DNA of 64,000 nucleotides from Thermoplasmata archaeon (GTDB lineage Archaea; Thermoplasmatota; E2; JACPAO01; JAHFTW01): NCBI GenBank assembly GCA_034667725.1, contig JAXDQS010000005.1, positions 1 to 64,000 of the forward strand, read 5' to 3'. Shown piece by piece: positions 58,053 to 64,000 of this stretch (position 1 is its first letter; each line of letters starts with the position of its first letter). The notes under the pieces were generated by a model. It saw only the letters and a program-made list of their open reading frames with translations, ran no database searches and was not told where the DNA came from. The position numbers and the translations under genes were made by a program.

Positions 58053-58892
58053 ATGCAACGAATCTTGCTGGCGACGGCCGCCTTGGCCGTCCTTGCCTTC
58101 TTTGCCCCCACGGCGACCGCCACCGGCTCGGACGAGTGCCCGGACCACCCCGCGGACCTGCTGGCCGACGTGTCCTACACCGTCGACGGCACCACCTACG
58201 CCAGCCTCGACGGCAACGTCGTCGCCGGCGCCGTCGTCACGGTGACCTTCACCACCACGCAGGGCTGCGAGGCCCTCTACAGCCTCGTGTCCTACAACGC
58301 CGACGCCGACTTCGACCTCGAGTCCCAGACCGTGTTCGACAGCGAGACCGTGGAGACGGGCGTGGACACCTACACCCTCACCGTCACCGTGCCCGACTGC
58401 TACTTCCAGGTGGACTTCGTCGGCGGCGCCGTCATCGAGCACTTCACGCCCCCGGAGGGGACCTACCACGGCGAAGGCCGCTTCATCGCGGGCGACACCG
58501 GCGGCGACACCGAGTGCCTGCCCCCGCCCCCGGAGCTGGCCTGCCCGACCGACCTCGCCGGCTTCGAGGCCCCCCAGGGCTCCATGAGCATCTCCTGGAC
58601 CCAGGCCGAAGGCGCCACCGGCTACCGCGTCTACCTCGCGGTCGGCGACGGCGACCTGGAGATGGTGCACGAAGGCGACGCCACCCTGGCCGGCTACGGC
58701 ATCGCCCCCGTCGAGGCCGGCGTCGTCTACACCTTCAAGGTGACGGCGCTCTACGGCGACGCCGAGTCCGAGGGCTGCGAGACCCTCGAGCTGACGGGCA
58801 TCCCCGAGTTCCCGACCGGCATCGCCGTCGTCGCGGCCGGCGTGCTGGGCACCGTCGGCTACGCCGTGATGCTGCGCCGCCGGAAGGCGTAG
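58053..58892 (+). CDS. Acidic secreted surface protein with PEF-CTERM anchor, paralogue of 54872-55765
   Basis: IPEFPT-TM-RRRKA; shared TVTVPDC.F.V, EGR.IA, L.CP blocks. Confidence 0.85.
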   Translation: MQRILLATAALAVLAFFAPTATATGSDECPDHPADLLADVSYTVDGTTYASLDGNVVAGAVVTVTFTTTQGCEALYSLVSYNADADFDLESQTVFDSETVETGVDTYTLTVTVPDCYFQVDFVGGAVIEHFTPPEGTYHGEGRFIAGDTGGDTECLPPPPELACPTDLAGFEAPQGSMSISWTQAEGATGYRVYLAVGDGDLEMVHEGDATLAGYGIAPVEAGVVYTFKVTALYGDAESEGCETLELTGIPEFPTGIAVVAAGVLGTVGYAVMLRRRKA

Positions 58893-58977
58893 GCACGCGT
58901 CAAAGTCCCTTTTCCCCTCCTCCAGAAAGAGCGGTTCGCAAAAAAGGAAGGAAAGGAGAAGGGAAGCGACCGTCGCG

Positions 58978-60471
58978 TCAGCACTGGCCCGAGTTGTAGG
59001 AGCCGGCGCCGCCCGCGGCGCCCGGCCCGCCGTTGGTCATGGTGCCGGTGCCGGCGCTGCCCGGCGAGCCGAGCGTCGAGGGGCCGGGCGCGCCGCCCGC
59101 CGCCGCCGCGACGCCGCCCAAGGCCGGCGCGCCGCCGGGCCCGCCGATCGACGGGCCGTTGCTGGGCGCTCCGCCGCCGCCTCCGGTGCCGCCGCTGCCG
59201 CCGGTGCCGCCGGTGGCCGTCGCCGTGCCGCCGTTGCCGCCGCTGCCGATGACCGCGGAGCCGCCGGCCCCGCCCTCGGCGTCCGCGCCGCCGCCGGCGG
59301 AGCCCGCGCCGCCGGCGCCGCCGGGGCCGCCCGGCGCGCCGCCGCCGAAGATGTTGCACGAGCCGGGGGTGCCGCTGCCGCCGTTGCCGCCGCGGCCGCC
59401 GCAGCCGCCGTGCGCGGTGGCGGAGCCGCCCGCGCCGCCGTTGTTGATGCCGGGGCCGCCGGGGCCGCCCTTGGCGGTGCCGGCGGTGCCGGGGGAGGGG
59501 GCGGGGGTGCCCGGCGAGCCGCTGCCGGTGGGCCCGTCGGAGCCGTTGGTGCCGCAGCCGCCGTTGGCGTTCACGCTGGGCCCGGGGAGGCCGTTGTAGG
59601 TCGTCGGGATGGAGTCGATGGTGTCGCAGACGTCCATGGCGGTGAAGGCGAAGCCGCCGTTGCCGCCGTTGCCCGACCCGGCCACCAAGGCCTCGGCCAG
59701 GCTGCCGCTCTTGTAGGGGGAGCCGCCGATGAGCACGACTCCGGACGAGCCGCCGCTGCCGCCGTTGGCGGCCAAGGCCGTGGGGGGCGTCTGGCTGGCG
59801 TACAGCGGCACCGAGGCGCCGCCGCCGCTGCCGCCGTTGCCCATGAACATGGTGCCAAAGCTGGTGGGGAACGCGGTCAGTTGCAGGTTGCCGCCCGCGC
59901 CGCCGTTGCCGCCGTTGGTGCTGCCTTGGTTGACGGCCATGCCGAGGCAGGCCGGCACGTTGGCGCCGCTGCCGCCGTTGCCGGTCCCGACGCACGAGCC
60001 GAAGCCCATGTTGACCGTGGGCGCCTGCAGCAGCACGTCGCCGCCGTCAAGGCCGTCGTTGCCATGCAGGAGCGAAGCCGATTGCACAGTGCCGCTGCCC
60101 GACGAGCCCGACGAGGCGGCCACGATGCCGTTGAGCTTGATGGTGTTCGCCTTCATCAGGATCGAGCCGCCGGAGCCGTCCTGGTTGGGGAGGGCCAAGA
60201 GGGCGCCGTTGACCGTGATCAAGGAGAGCGGGAAGCCCTCCGCGTTCAGGGTGAGGTCGCCCATGGCGAACCAGGCCTCGCCGGCCGGGATGGTGACCGG
60301 CCCGGTGAGGGTGTTGGTGAGCAGGAGGTTGGGCTTGTAACCGTCGGCGATGAGGGTGGACAAGAGGTTCTCGGAGGGACCGCACAGGGCGGAGGCCGCC
60401 CCAGTGGACGGCATCGGCAGCGAGGCTGCCGCGAGCATCAAGACTGCAAGCGCAAGTTTTCCGTTGGCCAT
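58978..60471 (-). CDS. Secreted Gly-rich PGRS-like protein
   Basis: Signal peptide; extensive GNGGxGG / GGxGGxGG repeats. Confidence 0.8.
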   Translation of the reverse strand: MANGKLALAVLMLAAASLPMPSTGAASALCGPSENLLSTLIADGYKPNLLLTNTLTGPVTIPAGEAWFAMGDLTLNAEGFPLSLITVNGALLALPNQDGSGGSILMKANTIKLNGIVAASSGSSGSGTVQSASLLHGNDGLDGGDVLLQAPTVNMGFGSCVGTGNGGSGANVPACLGMAVNQGSTNGGNGGAGGNLQLTAFPTSFGTMFMGNGGSGGGASVPLYASQTPPTALAANGGSGGSSGVVLIGGSPYKSGSLAEALVAGSGNGGNGGFAFTAMDVCDTIDSIPTTYNGLPGPSVNANGGCGTNGSDGPTGSGSPGTPAPSPGTAGTAKGGPGGPGINNGGAGGSATAHGGCGGRGGNGGSGTPGSCNIFGGGAPGGPGGAGGAGSAGGGADAEGGAGGSAVIGSGGNGGTATATGGTGGSGGTGGGGGAPSNGPSIGGPGGAPALGGVAAAAGGAPGPSTLGSPGSAGTGTMTNGGPGAAGGAGSYNSGQC

Positions 60472-60588
60472 AAGGACCACCGCGCCACACGCTGGGCTTC
60501 ACAAAACCCTTGGTGCTGTTTCGTTCCCCGCGGGACGCGAGGCGCCTGGCCGGGCCGGAGAGAAGAAAGGAAAAGGCGCCCAACTGCC

Positions 60589-61077
60589 CTAGAACCCGAC
60601 GCCGCCGGTCTCGGTGACACCCAGGTTGTTCTTGCCCTTGCGAGAGCCCGGGGAAATCTCCGAGCCGCTGGACGACGCGGTGTCGTCGCCGTATCCAGAC
60701 CCCTCGTGGCCGCCTTGGATGGCGCCCTTGGTGTTCTGGAACTGCTGGCGGGTCGTGCCCACGATGGTGGTCGCGGTCTCGCCGACCTTCTCGATGGCGT
60801 CCTTGGTGTTCTCGGCCACCTTGCTCTCGCGCATCTGGGTGGCGAAGCCCTCGACGGCGCCTGCCGCCGCGGCCACCGCCTTGGCGACCCTGTCGCTCAC
60901 GAACTTCTGGATCTCCTCCGGGGAGGACTCCTTGAAGTTCAGGTGGGAGCCGGCGCCCAGGTTGCTGGGGCGGCTGGGGCGGTAGGTCCGCACGCCGGCG
61001 CCCTTGTCGTGGGTCGCCAGGCCGGGGCTTTCGTGCTGCATCGTTCCGTAGTCGTTCGTGTTGTCGATGTTGTCCAT
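60589..61077 (-). CDS. Hydrophilic hypothetical protein (LEA/YtxH-like helical segment)
   Basis: GAGGTGA SD before ATG 61077; amphipathic helix. Confidence 0.65.
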   Translation of the reverse strand: MDNIDNTNDYGTMQHESPGLATHDKGAGVRTYRPSRPSNLGAGSHLNFKESSPEEIQKFVSDRVAKAVAAAAGAVEGFATQMRESKVAENTKDAIEKVGETATTIVGTTRQQFQNTKGAIQGGHEGSGYGDDTASSSGSEISPGSRKGKNNLGVTETGGVGF

Positions 61078-61082
61078 GTCGT

Positions 61083-61847
61083 TCACCTCAGGTCGTTCAG
61101 GTCGCTGGGCCCGGGGCCCGCGCCTGGGTTGGAAAGAGTGGAAAGAGGGGTGGTGGGGGCCGGCGTCCAGGTGCGCGTGGCCGGGGCGCGGCCGCGGAAG
61201 GCGCGCCGGACGGGGCGCGCGACGCGGCGCACCTCCTCGCGGGCGTGCTCCAGCTTGTTGGCGGCGGCGTGCTTGCCGCGGGCCTGGGCGGCGCGGGCCA
61301 TTCCAATGGTGACGGCGACGCCGATGCCGTACAGGAGGGCGACCGCCAGCGCGCCCCACGGGGCGCCAAGGATCATGCTCAGGCCGTCCACCAGGAAGAC
61401 CGTGAGCACGACGAAGGCGGCGGCGCCGAGCGCGCCGGCCACGGCCCAGAGGCCGATGCTGGCGGCGAGCCCTTTCGCGTAGGCCCCCGTCGCCTCCTTC
61501 AGGTCGGTGGCGATGTGGCCCGGCGCTTCGCGGGCGCGGCGGGACGCCTCGCCGATGGCCTCGGCGCGCTCGCGCACGTCGTCGGCGACGTTGCGGACGG
61601 CGGCGCCGGTGCGCGCGATGGCGGCCTGCACCTTGCCGTTGGGCGGGGCGGCCGAGGCGGTCGGCTCCGTTCCGGTGGCGGCGTCGCGGACGCGCACCAT
61701 CTCGGTGTAGGCGTTGTTGGCGTGATGCTCCAGGCGCGAGCGGCGGATGCCGTCGGCCAGGCCTTCGGCGGCGCCGGCGGCGGCCGCGGCGGCGCGCTCC
61801 AGGCCCGTGGCGGGTTGCGTTGGTTGCTGCGTGTAGGGTTCGTCCAT
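61083..61847 (-). CDS. Membrane protein with holin-like (DUF1469-type) two-TM segment
   Basis: Ala-rich N-terminus, two TM helices, PWGALAV. Confidence 0.65.
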   Translation of the reverse strand: MDEPYTQQPTQPATGLERAAAAAAGAAEGLADGIRRSRLEHHANNAYTEMVRVRDAATGTEPTASAAPPNGKVQAAIARTGAAVRNVADDVRERAEAIGEASRRAREAPGHIATDLKEATGAYAKGLAASIGLWAVAGALGAAAFVVLTVFLVDGLSMILGAPWGALAVALLYGIGVAVTIGMARAAQARGKHAAANKLEHAREEVRRVARPVRRAFRGRAPATRTWTPAPTTPLSTLSNPGAGPGPSDLNDLR

Positions 61848-61860
61848 TGTCAAGTCCTCC

Positions 61861-62868
61861 TCATGTGGTGCCCTTCCTTGCGGCCTTGCGGGTCTGGGCC
61901 GGCCGCGGCGGCTCGACGCCTTCCTTCTCCGGCGGCGCCTGGCGCTCCAGGACGGCTTGCGGCAGCGGCTCGCCGGTCTTGGCGGGCCGCACCTGGGCGC
62001 CGTGCCGGTTGGCGTAGACCTGGGTCAGCTCGGCGCCGTAGAGGAGCACGAGGCCCGAGTAGTACACCCAGAGCAGGAGCACGAGGACCGCGCCGGCGGC
62101 GCCGTAGCGGGTCGCGGTGGCGGCCTGGCCCAGGTAGAAGCCGATGCCGAGCTCGCCGACCACGAACAGCAGGCCGGTGACGGCGGCTCCGACGCTCACG
62201 TCGCGCCAGGCGACCTTGGTGTCGGGCAGGTAACGGTAGATGAGCGCGAACAGCAGCGACACGATGGCGACGCTGACCACGAAGTGCAGGACGGTCCAGA
62301 GCAGCTCCGCGCCGGGCATCAGGGAGCTTGCGTACTTGGCGCCCGCGGCGATGGCGGCGCTCACGGCGAGGCTCACGAGCAGCAGGAAGCCGACGCCGAG
62401 GACGCCCGCGAAGCCGAGCAGGTTGCGGCGGACGATGGCGCCGATGTTGGCCTTCCAGCCTTGCACGCGCTTGGCCTCGACCTCCCAGACGGTGTTGAGC
62501 GCCTCGCGCAGCTGCGCGAACACGCCGGCAGCACCCAGCAGCAGGGCGACGCCGCCGGCCACGAGGCCGAACAGGCCGGCCTTGGCGCGCACGCCGCCGG
62601 CCATCAGGCTCTCGATGGCGCGCTGGGCGTCGGCGCCCAAGAGCCGGCCGAGCTGCGACGTGACGGCCTCGCGGGCCGCGGTCTGCCCAAAGAGGAGGCC
62701 GGCCACGCTGACGGCGATCAGCAGCAGCGGGCCAAGCGCGAACAGCGCGTAGTACGCCAGCGCGGCCGCCTGCTTCGGGGCCTTGTCGGCCACCCATTCC
62801 TGGCCGGCGCCGCGCAGCAGGCTCCAGACCTGCTTGGGGCGCCCACGGAACCGCTCGCGTTCGGCCAT
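61861..62868 (-). CDS. YihY/BrkB-family membrane protein
   Basis: AAALAYYALFALGP, ALNTVW, YRYLP, YGAAG..LLWVYYS..GAE. Confidence 0.92.
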   Translation of the reverse strand: MAERERFRGRPKQVWSLLRGAGQEWVADKAPKQAAALAYYALFALGPLLLIAVSVAGLLFGQTAAREAVTSQLGRLLGADAQRAIESLMAGGVRAKAGLFGLVAGGVALLLGAAGVFAQLREALNTVWEVEAKRVQGWKANIGAIVRRNLLGFAGVLGVGFLLLVSLAVSAAIAAGAKYASSLMPGAELLWTVLHFVVSVAIVSLLFALIYRYLPDTKVAWRDVSVGAAVTGLLFVVGELGIGFYLGQAATATRYGAAGAVLVLLLWVYYSGLVLLYGAELTQVYANRHGAQVRPAKTGEPLPQAVLERQAPPEKEGVEPPRPAQTRKAARKGTT

Positions 62869-62956
62869 GACACCCAAAACTCCTCCCCCGTTGGGCAAAA
62901 AGGGTTGGAAGCGTGGCGTCGGATGCGGGCCGCCCCCAGGCGCAGCCCAAAGAGCG

Positions 62957-63892
62957 CTACGGTAGGGGCGACCTGCACTCCCACTGCGCCATCACGTCGG
63001 GCGGGCAGGGGGCGTCCACGACGGCGACGGCCTTGATCAGGAACGTCAACGACTGGCCGTAGAGCGGGCTGGCCTCGTTGCCGGGGCGGGTGTAGGCGTC
63101 CTCGGGCGCCATGCGGACCACGCGCGTCGTGGACATGGGCAGGTCCTTCAGCGCCTCGTTGAAGCCGCGGATGGTGGCGAAGTAGCCGAGGCCCGCCTCG
63201 GCCTCCGGGCCGGCGAGCACGCCGCGGGCCGCGCCGAAGGCCGGCTCGGCGGGCGTGCCGCCGGGCAGGTTGCGCGACGGCGCCTTCCAGTAGGCGGGCT
63301 GCTCGCTGGCCTCCTGGTCGTAAACATAGACCGGCAGCGGCGCGTCCCCCTCCCAGACGTACCAGCTTGGCTTGGGGAACAGGAGGGACGCATCGATGTC
63401 CGGGATGTTGGTGTAGAACAGCGTGCCGTTGTCGAAGAAGCCGGCGGTCAGGACGTGGACGCCCTTGCCCGGCGCGGCGGTGGGCGGGAAGGCCGGGCCG
63501 CGTTGCAGGGCCCATTCCAGCGCGTGCGCCGGCTCGTTGGGGTCGGCGCACATGCGGCCAGGGCCCGAGCCCCAGCCGAACCAGGCGGTGCCCTGCGCGA
63601 AGACGCCGGGGACCGTGAGGTTGGCAAGGTGGCCGCCGGGGATTTCCGTGACGCCGACGGCCGTGCCGTTGCCGGCGCCGGCGCGCGGCAGGTCGGCGCC
63701 GAAGCCGTCGGGCGCGAACAGCAGCGTGTCCCACGGGCCCGCGACGGTGGACTCCAGGAAGCTCGCCGGCAGCGGCAGCGCGTGGACCGGGGCCGCGCAG
63801 TCGGCGTCGGGGGCGGGCTCCTGGGGAAGGTCGGCGGGGGCGCTGCAGCCGGCGGCCAGCAGGGCGACGGCAAGGAGGCAGAGGGCACGCAT
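62957..63892 (-). CDS. Lipoprotein with FKBP/SlyD-like PPIase domain
   Basis: LAAGC lipobox; GTLFYTN, TIRGFNEAL, PEDAY, PLYGQSLTF. Confidence 0.72.
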   Translation of the reverse strand: MRALCLLAVALLAAGCSAPADLPQEPAPDADCAAPVHALPLPASFLESTVAGPWDTLLFAPDGFGADLPRAGAGNGTAVGVTEIPGGHLANLTVPGVFAQGTAWFGWGSGPGRMCADPNEPAHALEWALQRGPAFPPTAAPGKGVHVLTAGFFDNGTLFYTNIPDIDASLLFPKPSWYVWEGDAPLPVYVYDQEASEQPAYWKAPSRNLPGGTPAEPAFGAARGVLAGPEAEAGLGYFATIRGFNEALKDLPMSTTRVVRMAPEDAYTRPGNEASPLYGQSLTFLIKAVAVVDAPCPPDVMAQWECRSPLP

Positions 63893-63934
63893 GGCGAGCC
63901 GGAGGGCGCGCGGGCTTTCTGCGTTTCCGGCCGC

Positions 63935-64000
63935 CTATTCGAACGAGTACGACCAGGTCACGAAGGCCGGATCGTTGACGGCGTTGAACGGCGGCGTGGC
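63935..64000 (-). CDS. C-terminal fragment of a gene running off the window
   Basis: ATPPFNAVNDPAFVTWSYSFE-stop with GC3-rich codons. Confidence 0.45.
   Translation of the reverse strand, partial: ATPPFNAVNDPAFVTWSYSFE

Noticed and set aside
61083-61847. Prophage inferred from the holin-like gene
   Set aside because: No other viral genes; this family is common in chromosomal stress clusters

Overview
High-GC archaeal chromosome segment, most consistent with a Thermoplasmatota lineage (inferred from gene order and protein style, not from a search). It carries the archaeal S10-spc ribosomal superoperon on the minus strand (rpl3 to secY), split between rnp1 and rps17 by four unrelated genes. 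A 12.5 kb block of giant secreted surface proteins (two SBBP-repeat paralogues, a PKD/PPC protein and a lipoprotein) separates it from the rps13-rps4-rps11-rpoD-tRNA-Leu(CAG) operon. Accessory and metabolic genes follow: GDT1/UPF0016, a Cys-rich peptide, VOC, a FEN1-like nuclease, Ppx with two dTMP-kinase-like genes (PPK3-type), 2-oxoacid:ferredoxin oxidoreductase, a metzincin with three tandem lipoproteins, ValRS, two-component genes, PEF-CTERM proteins, a PGRS-like Gly-rich protein and a YihY cluster. The most striking unexplained signal is a family of ~80-bp non-coding folded cassettes. Three copies lie in a ~133-bp-period array behind tRNA-Leu and one lies behind secY. Each directly duplicates a piece of its neighbouring gene, carries an inverted copy of that same target sequence, and encloses GNA-triloop hairpins. 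The second highlight is a secreted metalloprotease followed by three lipoprotein paralogues with a conserved framework and hypervariable loops, resembling an effector-immunity array. All calls are from reading the sequence; no database searches were run.
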